Numbered from the stretch's first letter, positions 9,278 through 18,198 are shown. The stretch is DNA of 64,000 bases from Candidatus Bathyarchaeota archaeon (GCA_963828195.1 CAWHDT010000005.1:128001-192000); one strand, 5' to 3'. Notes: generated from the sequence alone by a model not told the origin. Numbers and translations are program-made.

Positions 9278-10237
9278 AGCGCTCTTACCGCAGGGCAGGG
9301 CAGGCCAGCCGCCGTAGTTTTTAACTATGTCTGGGAAGCGAAGTTTTTGCTAGTGTTTTATAGTGAGCTGGAATATTGCCAGCCACGCATTCGTTATTTG
9401 CAAAATCGTATAAACAAAGTCATAATGCGAAACCGAAAACTGCTTATACAATGCTGCCTCAGGTAAGGGATTAATGGAAACAATGGTTCCATGCCCGATA
9501 AGAAATCAAATTCTTAGAATCATAAAATTATTAGAGGAAAAAAAATGACAACGAAAAAATCCAAAGTAGTTAGCTTAACAAAAACAACAGACTTTAAATA
9601 TAGACTCAAAGAGCGCCAAAAGAAAAATCGAAGCGCCAACAAAACAATTGAGACATTTTTACCCATTTCAAACGAAGAGACACCCAAAAAAACAACTAAC
9701 CATAGTTGATGTGTACTTTTCTCTGAATTTGCCTTTAAGAAGCCGCCACCTTGACAGTAAACTCCCAAATAAGGTACAGATTAACGTTTAACCAACAAAC
9801 TTACGGGTTTCCAAATTTAGTTTAAACCCTTGCCGATGAAAAGTAGAATGTCCTACTATAAATTATCTTCGGTGACTTTGCTCAAAGGTTTGTCTTTAGA
9901 AGTCATTGTTTTGGTTTTTCTTATTGAGTTTTCCCAGCGAATCAACTGGGTAACCCCAGAAAAATAAGATAAAAACCCTTTTACACGTGCGCTTTCATTA
10001 TAGCATATCTGAAAAGACGCAGTAACCAAGCTTATTACGTCGGATATTTCCGTTTTTAAGGTTTTTCCGCGCTAATTTGTTCATTAACTATTATTGTTAG
10101 CATGCCTTCTCAAAACTTGCTATTTTCATCTCAATTTGCCTCATAAAGCTTTGCCGACGTAGGCTTTTTTTTTAATTGTAACAGTTATAGATTACTTTAT
10201 AAGCTGCCGCAAGACATAAGATACATAGGTTGTTTTT

Positions 10238-11440
10238 ATGAGCGAAACTCCCAAAACTTCTCGAGAGACTGAAACCCGTACTCGTGCGCGAAAAAAGAAA
10301 AATTTAGCCCTTGAAAGTCTAACCATTTGGGTTTTGCCTTTCAATCGGGCGCTCCTTAATCTTCAGGAACTCCATCGACGAAGTATTAGCAGTACCAAGC
10401 CCGCTCAAATCTCGGTTTTATCGGAAGTTTCGGCCAAACATGCCCAAAAATTATTTCTAGAGGGATTGGGCTCTATGTTAGGTCAACTGGCTGTGATACC
10501 AGATGAGGGAAGGCGAAATTTCCTAAACCACATTTTGTCATTTGCAAACGAGAGCAGTTCGTTTGATGGTTTGCAGTCACTGTTTGTCAGCGCGTTGCAC
10601 TCAGTGGCAGCTCAAGGGAATGCTGAGGAGGTCCACAAGGCCAGTGAAGTTTGGAAGCGTGTTGGCCCCGCCGAACAAATCGATGGTGGAATATATGCTA
10701 ATGCTTTTCTGAATACAAGCTCCGATACGATATGGATGTTGAATCAACCTACCGTTGCCAGCCTAGTGGATTCAATAATAGACGATTCGAATTTTGAGTT
10801 CACAGTGTCCGGGAGCGACGGGAACGGAGACACCATTATAAACAGTGGGGTCAACAGCGTAGGTTTAACGAGTTGGGAAAATATCCACGGAGGAGATCCT
10901 TTCGAGGGAGATGACGATGATGACGATGATGACGATGATGACGATGATGACGATGATGACGATGATCAACCAGCGCCAGGGCCGAGTTGGTCCGCTTGGA
11001 CCTGGGGGAAAGGATTGATTTGCAGTACAGCTATGAAGTTGGCTTGTGGTGGTGCTTCTGAGGTTCCGTTGATAGCGGGTGGTTGTTGGCTAGCCACAAG
11101 TGCTTTATGTTCTTATTGGGCTAGCCATACTGCTGGCGGAGGTCCCGGCGGTGGGGATCCGGAACCAGCTTTTTCAAACGATAATGAAGTGGACGCCGCA
11201 CTTGTGGGTGGTGCCCCATCCGTACAAGTCATGATTCCAGCGGTAGCGGGATCAGATTCTTTAGTTGGCATGTCAATGGCTGGAATTCCGCGCGTTTCTA
11301 ATAATGCGACGACATTATCGGAAGCGGGAGTGCTTTCAGCAACAACTTCAAGAGGAGCAATGCCGGGTGATGACGACGTCCCCGATCCTAATACGGGCCC
11401 TCGCGTAGCTAGAGCGCACGCACGACCCAGACACGAATAG
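10238..11440 (+). CDS. Putative precursor protein: helical N-domain, 19-Asp spacer, Trp/Gly/Cys-rich core, low-complexity tail
   Basis: 400-aa ORF preceded by a TTTATAA box (~10196-10202); all four Cys lie in one C-x7-C-x12-C-x7-C block right after the poly-Asp run. Confidence 0.75.
   Translation: MSETPKTSRETETRTRARKKKNLALESLTIWVLPFNRALLNLQELHRRSISSTKPAQISVLSEVSAKHAQKLFLEGLGSMLGQLAVIPDEGRRNFLNHILSFANESSSFDGLQSLFVSALHSVAAQGNAEEVHKASEVWKRVGPAEQIDGGIYANAFLNTSSDTIWMLNQPTVASLVDSIIDDSNFEFTVSGSDGNGDTIINSGVNSVGLTSWENIHGGDPFEGDDDDDDDDDDDDDDDDDDDQPAPGPSWSAWTWGKGLICSTAMKLACGGASEVPLIAGGCWLATSALCSYWASHTAGGGPGGGDPEPAFSNDNEVDAALVGGAPSVQVMIPAVAGSDSLVGMSMAGIPRVSNNATTLSEAGVLSATTSRGAMPGDDDVPDPNTGPRVARAHARPRHE
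10910..10966 (+). repeat. Coding tandem repeat (GATGACGAT)x6+GAT encoding 19 Asp
   Basis: Perfect 9-bp unit counted directly. Confidence 0.95.
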
Positions 11441-11588
11441 CTGGTGAGCATTCTACTCACATAGCAAGGTATTGCAAGCGAGTAACCGAATACGTGATTG
11501 TTGGATGCGGAGACACAGAGGGCTACCTTATCAACTCTAGCATGTTTTCTTTGCAGAATTGAATCCTGTCACTTGACGAGAGGCGACC

Positions 11589-13334
11589 TTGATAAACAGC
11601 CCTAATAATCGCGAGGTATCGGCGCTATTTAATATTGTACGCAAAGTGATTGCTGCGAGACTCATGGGCCTGGAATTCAAAATTAGTCCAGTGGATGAAT
11701 CAGATCAAAAGACAATCGTTAACATTACAATTCGCATACATGGCAAAGTATGTGGATCGATGAGTGGAAATGACTCAACGCTATCCCAGGCAGTTTCAAT
11801 CGCAGCATGGCGGGCTGCTGGTGACAATAGGTTTGGTCCACCTATATCACACGTTGATTTTCCGGAATCCACTTTGGAATTGTGGATTCAGAAGAGCAGC
11901 GAACCTCTTCCCGTTCGTGAAGTCACAAATATCGACATGGGGTTGGATGGCATAGAGTTGAGGAGGGGCGACAAATTCGCTTACTTTAAACCATCTGTTC
12001 CTCTCACAAGTGAGATAAAAAGTAGCGTCCGCCTTTTACGAAAGCTATCCCGGAAGGCAGGTCTGAGCCCAGAACAATGGCGTCATGAAGGAACAACATT
12101 GAGGCGCACAAGATGGGATCATTATATTGAGACCACAGGGCAGAAATCTGGGGTGTTGCAACTGCACCGATTGCGTCCTATCAATCCACTTGAGCCTACA
12201 AAAAAGAACGTGTCACAATTTCTTAGACTTGCTCAGAACAGGCTCCTAAATGTGCAATCGAATGATGGGTTATACTTGTACAAGTACCAACCCTTCTCAG
12301 AAAAAGCATCAGGAAGTCGAATGCATGTAGTTCGCCAAGCTGGTTGCACGTACGCAATAGCAGCCGCGGCAGCGCAGGAAACAGATAAAGAAAGAGCCGC
12401 AGTACTTGAAGAAAGTGCCGTCCGAGGAGTTAAATTCCTCTTGAGATTTAGCTCTTTCACTCCTAAAGGAGGTCTATATCTCGATGAAGCAGAAACGCAT
12501 GGATCATCAAATCGCCCCAAGCTGGGCTCAGCCGCTCTCCTCCTGTTGGCATTGCAGTTTGGTCAGCTTGCGCATAAATTTGACCGAGAGCGGGCGTCGC
12601 TCGTCACAGCTATACTCAATCTTCAGAACTCTGACGGCTCATTTCGATGTTATTTTAACAGCAGTTCTCATTTAGGCGATGGAGCATCTCAAAACTTCTT
12701 TCCCGGCGAGGCGCTTCTTGCGCTTACTCACGAAGCACGACGTGGTCGAGCCGATTGCAGAGAAGCTGTAGAGCGGGCTTTTCACTGGTACAGGGAATAC
12801 TTTGGGCGAAGCCCAGCGACAGCCTTTGTCCCGTGGCAGGTTGATACTTGGCGGCGGGCTTTTGAGTGGGATTCGAGTTCTAACGAATCAATTCTCCACG
12901 ATTCCGAAGGTTATCCCGAATTCGTGTTCAAGATGATTGATTGGCTGTTGCAGTTCCAGCTGGGCGTGGATACTGAACCTTGGGACTCAGTTGGCGGATT
13001 CTCTTACAGAAATTCCGTGCCGGGATATTCCACTGCAACTTATGCTGAAGCAATTATCCGAGCGTATGGACTTTCGAAACACCTAAGACAAAGCGAAAGG
13101 ATGTTACGATATGCTCAGTCCTCGCTCTTGGCACTGCGTTTTCTGCTCCGGCTTCAGATTAATCCGGATACCGCTCCGCTATTTCCTGATCCCGCTCGCG
13201 CAGTTGGTGGCACGACGTCTAGTCTGAAGAATTTTATGATTCGAAGTGATTTTGATCAGCATACTATTACCGCGTTGATGGCTGCGTTAGAAGCGGCTGG
13301 TCTACTCGAAGTCAATGGAGCTCTTCCAAATTAG
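11589..13334 (+). CDS. AMMECR1-domain protein fused to an alpha/alpha-toroid (terpene-cyclase/LanC/glycosidase-like fold) domain
   Basis: AMMECR1 hallmarks: AAGDNRFGPP (cf. DPRFxP), GLDGIELRRG...YFKPSV, LSRKAGLSPEQW. C-terminal part has QW-like repeats (QSNDGLY, LQNSDGSF) plus KLGSAALLLLAL and FFPGEALLAL. Confidence 0.8.
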   Translation: MINSPNNREVSALFNIVRKVIAARLMGLEFKISPVDESDQKTIVNITIRIHGKVCGSMSGNDSTLSQAVSIAAWRAAGDNRFGPPISHVDFPESTLELWIQKSSEPLPVREVTNIDMGLDGIELRRGDKFAYFKPSVPLTSEIKSSVRLLRKLSRKAGLSPEQWRHEGTTLRRTRWDHYIETTGQKSGVLQLHRLRPINPLEPTKKNVSQFLRLAQNRLLNVQSNDGLYLYKYQPFSEKASGSRMHVVRQAGCTYAIAAAAAQETDKERAAVLEESAVRGVKFLLRFSSFTPKGGLYLDEAETHGSSNRPKLGSAALLLLALQFGQLAHKFDRERASLVTAILNLQNSDGSFRCYFNSSSHLGDGASQNFFPGEALLALTHEARRGRADCREAVERAFHWYREYFGRSPATAFVPWQVDTWRRAFEWDSSSNESILHDSEGYPEFVFKMIDWLLQFQLGVDTEPWDSVGGFSYRNSVPGYSTATYAEAIIRAYGLSKHLRQSERMLRYAQSSLLALRFLLRLQINPDTAPLFPDPARAVGGTTSSLKNFMIRSDFDQHTITALMAALEAAGLLEVNGALPN

Positions 13335-13578
13335 GCTTGCGTTTGGAACCATTCACCTTTTCCGTGAGATAATTGGGAGTAGTCGCTCAAAAGTTTGCGC
13401 GCAGTTTCAATCGCAACTAACTAAAAACAGATCGAACTGATGCGGAAAAAAGTTGGTGCGGAGGGTTAGGTTTACATTCACGTTTAAATGAACCCCTTGG
13501 AGCTTCATTCTCGTCTTGTTAAACTTTCGTTTGGCGTATTGGCTTTTTGAAATCTTCTGATGTTTACAACAAAGATTT

Positions 13579-13896
13579 GGGCGTGGTGTGTTGGTTGTAA
13601 CCCGCCTTCTGTTGTTGTGGCATTCGGCTAATCGGGCTACCCGCGCCTTCCGGTAGATTCTTCATCGGCGACTGTTTGCCCTTTCCACTTGCAGGACGGC
13701 CGTTTCACCGTTTCCAGTCTGGCGCACTCTGCGTCACTAACGCGTCATTGCCTATCCAGTTGGACGTTTCGTTTCTGCTCCGTTGCCAACGCTCTCGCGT
13801 TGCCCCAACGACGGGGCTGCAATTCTACATGTGGGCGGAGTTTCCTCAGACCCGCATTTTTTTGGGTCCGACAGCCACACACCAACTCGCCAGCCC
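13579..13896 (-). ncRNA. rnpB: RNase P RNA (archaeal)
   Basis: Minus strand carries CR-I GAGGAAACUCCGCCC and CR-V ACAGAAGGCGGGUUAC (the P4 halves are complementary). Termini pair as P1 (GGGCUGG..GUUGGU / ACCAAC..CCACGCCC). Length ~318 nt; divergent from the adenylate kinase gene. Confidence 0.93.
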
Positions 13897-13953
13897 AAAG
13901 GCATAAGCGTAATCGGAAGCAATAAGAATTTCCCAACCCATCAAGTATAACCC

Positions 13954-14541
13954 ATGACTAAACGTGTCATCCTCATAACAGGCACACCCGCGGTAGGCAA
14001 AACAACCACAGCGAAACAGCTAACCAAAATGCTGCCTGATGCCCTCTACATTAACTTGACCAACTACGCCAAAACCTACAAACTAACACAGGGCGAGGAC
14101 ACAGAGCGAAAAACAACCATAATTAACGAAGACAAAATGCGCACAAAACTCGCAGAAACCATCAACACCGCCGACGAAGCAGACATAATCATTGATGGGC
14201 ACTACGCCGCCGCAGTGACCCCCACGGAGCTGGTTTCCAAAGTGTTTGTTCTGCGCCGAAACCCCAAAGAGCTAAAGCGGTTCATGGAGAGATGCGGTTT
14301 TGAAGATGCAAAGCTTTGGGAGAACCTGTCAGCCGAGATCCTGGATGTCTGCCTAATTGAGGCGTTGCAGATGCAGGCGGGCAAAGTCTGCGAGTTGGAT
14401 GTGACGGGCAAATCAGTTGAGGATGTTGTGAAGGACATTTTGGATGTTTTGGATAGGGACAAAAAATGCTTTAGCGGCGTTGTGGATTGGCTGGGGATGC
14501 TTGAGCGAGAAAGCTTAACCGACCAGTACTTAAAAGCTTAA
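13954..14541 (+). CDS. AK6/Fap7-type archaeal adenylate kinase
   Basis: ILITGTPAVGKTT P-loop; IIIDGHY motif; ENLSAEILDVC. Confidence 0.9.
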   Translation: MTKRVILITGTPAVGKTTTAKQLTKMLPDALYINLTNYAKTYKLTQGEDTERKTTIINEDKMRTKLAETINTADEADIIIDGHYAAAVTPTELVSKVFVLRRNPKELKRFMERCGFEDAKLWENLSAEILDVCLIEALQMQAGKVCELDVTGKSVEDVVKDILDVLDRDKKCFSGVVDWLGMLERESLTDQYLKA

Positions 14542-14562
14542 TGATGGAAAGCAAGCGCTATT

Positions 14563-15561
14563 TTAAGCACTTGACCTTAACCATCCTCTTCGTTTGAAAA
14601 GCAGCGTAAGGGTCAAAGCAACAGCAACCATTATTGCAATCATAACGTAGAAGCCGTAGGGATTAGTTGTTCCAGGAATAAATCCTGATTTGAAACTCGT
14701 TCCATAAATTCCAGCAATCAAACTCAGCGGAAGAAAAATAGCTGAAATTATCGTGAGAACCCTAATTATGTTGTTAGTTGTTACTGTTTGAGCGTTGACC
14801 AAGGTGTCTCGGATGTTGCCCATTTCTTCCCTGTGGGCATCGACAACCTCCACCAGCTGAATTGTTCGGTCATAGAGGTCTGCGAAACGGGGAAGGTTCA
14901 CTCCTTGCACAAGCGCAAATTCTCCCCTTGTTATTCTTCCCATGATTTCGCGAAGCGGACTCAAACTCTGCCTAAGAGCCACCAGCCGCTCTCTTAGCTT
15001 AAAAACTTCAGTCCCAAAACTGCCCGATAGCCTTGACCCTTGTCTGAAGAACCCGAAGGCTTCCAGATTAAACGCATTAATCTTGTCGAACACCGCGTCT
15101 GAAACTGGGTAATATTCACTCGTGACTAAATCCAAGAAAATATATAGCATAATATCCGTTGAGGGCACAAGTGAAAGCGAGAAATAGCCGTGCGTGCCTA
15201 TTTTTTTGTAAACAGCACAAGTCAAATCTGAATAGCCCTTATGCAGCGTTATTATCCATCTTGAACAAACAAGCATCGCCAAACGTTCCATTTTCCCATC
15301 AGAAATAAAACTTTCCCGATTCGGAAAATTAAGAAGACAGAACACGCGATCTTCATGCTCATCAATTCTTGAACGAACCCCTTCATCAGTAAGTTCCTGA
15401 ACGTTGTGTTCATCTATGGCAAAATAGTCCTCCAGCTCTTTCATTTCGGAATCAGTCGGGTCTTGGGCATCTACCCATAGAACTTCAGCTTTACCAATTT
15501 CTTCAGGCAAAACCTCTAAATTTCCCGATTGCCATCTGCCTTCTTCGTGTTGCTTGAGCAA
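14563..15561 (-). CDS. corA: CorA-family Mg2+/Co2+ transporter
   Basis: WVDAQDPT; LTIISAIFLPLSLIAGIYGTSF (GMN variant); C-terminal FKRRGWL. Confidence 0.88.
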   Translation of the reverse strand: MLKQHEEGRWQSGNLEVLPEEIGKAEVLWVDAQDPTDSEMKELEDYFAIDEHNVQELTDEGVRSRIDEHEDRVFCLLNFPNRESFISDGKMERLAMLVCSRWIITLHKGYSDLTCAVYKKIGTHGYFSLSLVPSTDIMLYIFLDLVTSEYYPVSDAVFDKINAFNLEAFGFFRQGSRLSGSFGTEVFKLRERLVALRQSLSPLREIMGRITRGEFALVQGVNLPRFADLYDRTIQLVEVVDAHREEMGNIRDTLVNAQTVTTNNIIRVLTIISAIFLPLSLIAGIYGTSFKSGFIPGTTNPYGFYVMIAIMVAVALTLTLLFKRRGWLRSSA

Positions 15562-15734
15562 AGTAATTGTCAGCAGCTGCCATCCACCGAATAAACTTAA
15601 TGAGAATTCTCCTTTGTAAACCTAACCATCTTTTACAGAGACACACGGATAAATGGTACAACCGAAATCGAAACGATTACTTTGATTGATCCGGAACCAA
15701 AAAACCAGCCTAAAACAAGACCTAAACGCAAACT

Positions 15735-15905
15735 AGCCTACCTATAGACCTGCCTGCTATTTGCACGAAAAATTAGCTACAAAAAGAAACGGGAAGAAGA
15801 AGAAGAAAAATTGTTTTCTGAGGCTTCTTCTTCTTCTTTTAAAAATAAATATTGCCGAGAAGAACAACATTCATTTTTTAGGTGTTGTTGTTCTTTCAAA
15901 ATTAA
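15735..15905 (+). repeat. Dispersed non-coding double-hairpin element, copy 1
   Basis: AGCCTACCTA..CCTGCTATTTG..GAAGAAGAAGAA-spacer-TTCTTCTTCTTC..AGAACAACA-spacer-TGTTGTTCT-TTCAAAATT; collinear with the reverse complement of 34872-35062. Confidence 0.8.
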
Positions 15906-15953
15906 AATCGGTAAAAAAATTCAGCTACAAAAAGCGCCATGCAAAAGCGCAGG

Positions 15954-16316
15954 CTATCTGAAGCTGCCGATTTTCTGCTTGGTAAGCAAAGTGATTTTTC
16001 GGCGGTTGCTGTAGGATTTGGCGTGGTCGCTGAATTTGTCGCCGATCATGATGGGGCTGCCTAACCCGACGTCTTCGGACGATGAGTCTAAAGCTATGAT
16101 TACGTTTACGCCTATAGTGCGGTTCCAATCTCTGACCCAAACACCCTGCTCCACGCGTCCCTTCTGCACTGTTAGGTCAAAATGGCGTCTTTCGCCGCTG
16201 TAGCCTTCAAGCACAATATTTTCCCTGTTAACTTTGTAACCTTCTTTTTTGAAGTACTGAATTGCCAGATCCAGCAGGTTGGACCTCGGCTTGATTTGTT
16301 CTTCTCCAATGCTCAT
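15954..16316 (-). CDS. Mrr-like PD-(D/E)xK-fold protein, catalytic motif degenerate
   Basis: YFKKEGYKV..LEGYSG..HFDL..IMIGDKFSDHAKSYS; the ExK position reads WVR. Confidence 0.7.
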   Translation of the reverse strand: MSIGEEQIKPRSNLLDLAIQYFKKEGYKVNRENIVLEGYSGERRHFDLTVQKGRVEQGVWVRDWNRTIGVNVIIALDSSSEDVGLGSPIMIGDKFSDHAKSYSNRRKITLLTKQKIGSFR

Positions 16317-16384
16317 ATGACTGCGTCTTCCTGCTAAACCTTATGAACCTGTGTGGGGAAAAGGCTTTCGGAAGTAAAACGGAA

Positions 16385-16600
16385 ATGGCGACAACGCTAA
16401 TCATAAAGTGCCCGCAATGCGGAGGTTTAATGATGGCTGCAAAAGGGCAAAAGACGAAACTGTGCCCGTACTGCGGCGCACGCGTCGATGTGTTGCGGGC
16501 GCAGAGGGTGGCTTCAGCAAGCAACGCCTTTAAAGCCTCTGTTATGCTTCGAAAACTGAAAAGTGAACTGGGATTTCCCGATAAAGACACTGACTTTTAA
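16385..16600 (+). CDS. DUF1922-like zinc-ribbon protein
   Basis: IKCPQCG...QKTKLCPYCG. Confidence 0.75.
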   Translation: MATTLIIKCPQCGGLMMAAKGQKTKLCPYCGARVDVLRAQRVASASNAFKASVMLRKLKSELGFPDKDTDF

Positions 16601-17535
16601 CGTATCTGCCGCAGCATCTCGCAGGTCTTGCATAAATCAGCTGCCGAAGGCTCGCCGCATTCTGCGCATGTCTTGAAAGCTTCTTTTTTAGCCGTCTCAT
16701 CCAACGCGGGTCTTAAACGCTCCATGGATTTGAGGACCGTGAATTTTGTTCCAGCATGCTTGGCTTCCATCCGATTAAGCATTCCGCGGATATCGTTGCG
16801 CAGCGCTTCCGAAGCGTACGGGCATGGTGTGTCTTGGAACCTGATTTTTTTGACGTATGCGTATAGGGCGCTTTCTTTTTCGGGAATTTCGCAGAAAGGC
16901 TTAATCTTCTGTACAAGCAGCGGATGCACTTCGCTTGTGACGGGTTTCTCTTTGGCTAGTCGAGTGATGTCGCCGCGGAAAATGTTCATAAGGATTGTCT
17001 GCGCCTCGTCGTCTAAAGTGTGGGCAGTAGCAACCTTGTTCGCATGAACCTGTCGTGCACCGATGTTTATAGCTTTTCGCCGAAGAACACCGCAGTAAGC
17101 GCAGGCAGTTAACTCAGTTTGCCCTTTGCTCCGCGCTTTAAAAATTATTTCGTCAAGCGTGAAGCCGTAGAGCTCTTTGAATGAAACAATATGATGAGGA
17201 ATTTCGAGTTTTTCGCAGTTTACAGCCGCGATTTCGAGGGCTTCATTTCTGTAGCCAGCTATGCCCTCATCCACGGTCACCGCAGTCAAGGCGGTTTTTG
17301 GTCGAACACGTTTCTGCTTTGCCAAAATATGCAGTAGGCTTAGGCTGTCTTTGCCGCCTGAAACCGCCACTGCTAAATGGTCATCGAAGTTAAGCATGTG
17401 ATAACGTGTGATGGTTGATCTTACTTTGGCTTCGATGGATTGGGTGAAGCATTTTTTGCACAGCGTTTCACCTGAATACTGCCTATGAAAGAAGGCTTCT
17501 CTAGTTTTGCATGCACTGCAGACCGTTGTAGTCAT
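16597..17535 (-). CDS. ttuA: TtuA/Ncs6-family tRNA 2-thiolation protein
   Basis: N- and C-terminal Zn fingers; AVSGGKDS PP-loop; CAYCGVLRR; ATAHTLDD. Confidence 0.9.
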   Translation of the reverse strand: MTTTVCSACKTREAFFHRQYSGETLCKKCFTQSIEAKVRSTITRYHMLNFDDHLAVAVSGGKDSLSLLHILAKQKRVRPKTALTAVTVDEGIAGYRNEALEIAAVNCEKLEIPHHIVSFKELYGFTLDEIIFKARSKGQTELTACAYCGVLRRKAINIGARQVHANKVATAHTLDDEAQTILMNIFRGDITRLAKEKPVTSEVHPLLVQKIKPFCEIPEKESALYAYVKKIRFQDTPCPYASEALRNDIRGMLNRMEAKHAGTKFTVLKSMERLRPALDETAKKEAFKTCAECGEPSAADLCKTCEMLRQIR

Positions 17536-17683
17536 TGGATTTTCACGTTTAACATCTAATCTGGGAAAGCTTACGCATTAACAAAAGCCATACATATCTG
17601 CCGCTCTATTTCCACTTTTTCCTTTTTTAACGCCTGAAGCTTTACTGCAATGCACCGCAGCAAACCTGAAGGACCTGCAGGAG

Positions 17684-18109
17684 CTAAATATCCCAAAGAG
17701 ACAGACCTGTTACAGCATCTTTCTTCCGCTCGATTTTTTCGCCAACCAGCTCAGTTATGTGAACTTCGGCTGCGAAAACTTTTCCTTCAAGCAGATGCCC
17801 CGCTTTCAAATTACCCGCACTATCTGCTAAAACAGCGTGGGCGTGAACAAAGGGTTCGCCGTCCTTTATTGAAAAGTTGCCGATGCAACTTGCTATTTCC
17901 TGCGGAGCCAAAAGCGCAGTCTCCAAATACGCATGTTTTTCTTGATCGTAAAAACCAAGCTTCGCACGTTTTAAAGCACCTATGGCTGTAAAAGACGCGG
18001 TCATAACCGCATTGTCTTTGGCGAATTCAGTCAAAAACGCGTTTATTTCTGAATCGTGCTTAACACTCACAAGAAAAAGTCTCCCAGCAACTAATTTTTT
18101 AAAGCTCAT
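17684..18109 (-). CDS. PPC/DUF296 domain protein
   Basis: AIGAL; EIASCIGN; PFVHAHAVLAD..AGHL. Confidence 0.9.
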   Translation of the reverse strand: MSFKKLVAGRLFLVSVKHDSEINAFLTEFAKDNAVMTASFTAIGALKRAKLGFYDQEKHAYLETALLAPQEIASCIGNFSIKDGEPFVHAHAVLADSAGNLKAGHLLEGKVFAAEVHITELVGEKIERKKDAVTGLSLWDI

Positions 18110-18198
18110 TGTCAGGTCTCCTAATTCAGGATAAACTTATCGAACTAAATAATTTTGAAATTAGCTCATCAAAAGAAAGAACTTGGTTGCATTTAAAA

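Larger units (their letters stand above)
8469..13669. mobile_element. Putative integrase-less genomic island inserted at the rnpB 3' end
   Basis: Bounded by intact rnpB and a distal duplicate of its 3' end; carries VapBC and an orphan two-gene cassette. Confidence 0.65.

Noticed and set aside
9278-10237. Integrase or transposase remnant within the island
   Set aside because: Only short AT-rich ORFs (e.g. ~54 aa at 9546-9709); no recognisable tyrosine/serine recombinase or DDE motif
13676-13936. Three short ORFs in the track (13676-13906, 13689-13925, 13745-13936)
   Set aside because: They overlap the RNase P RNA gene and are chance frames in GC-rich structural RNA
15761-16014. Low-complexity ORFs (KKKKK/LLLLL, SSSS)
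   Set aside because: Products of the GAA/TTC hairpin element; frames are not preserved in the second copy
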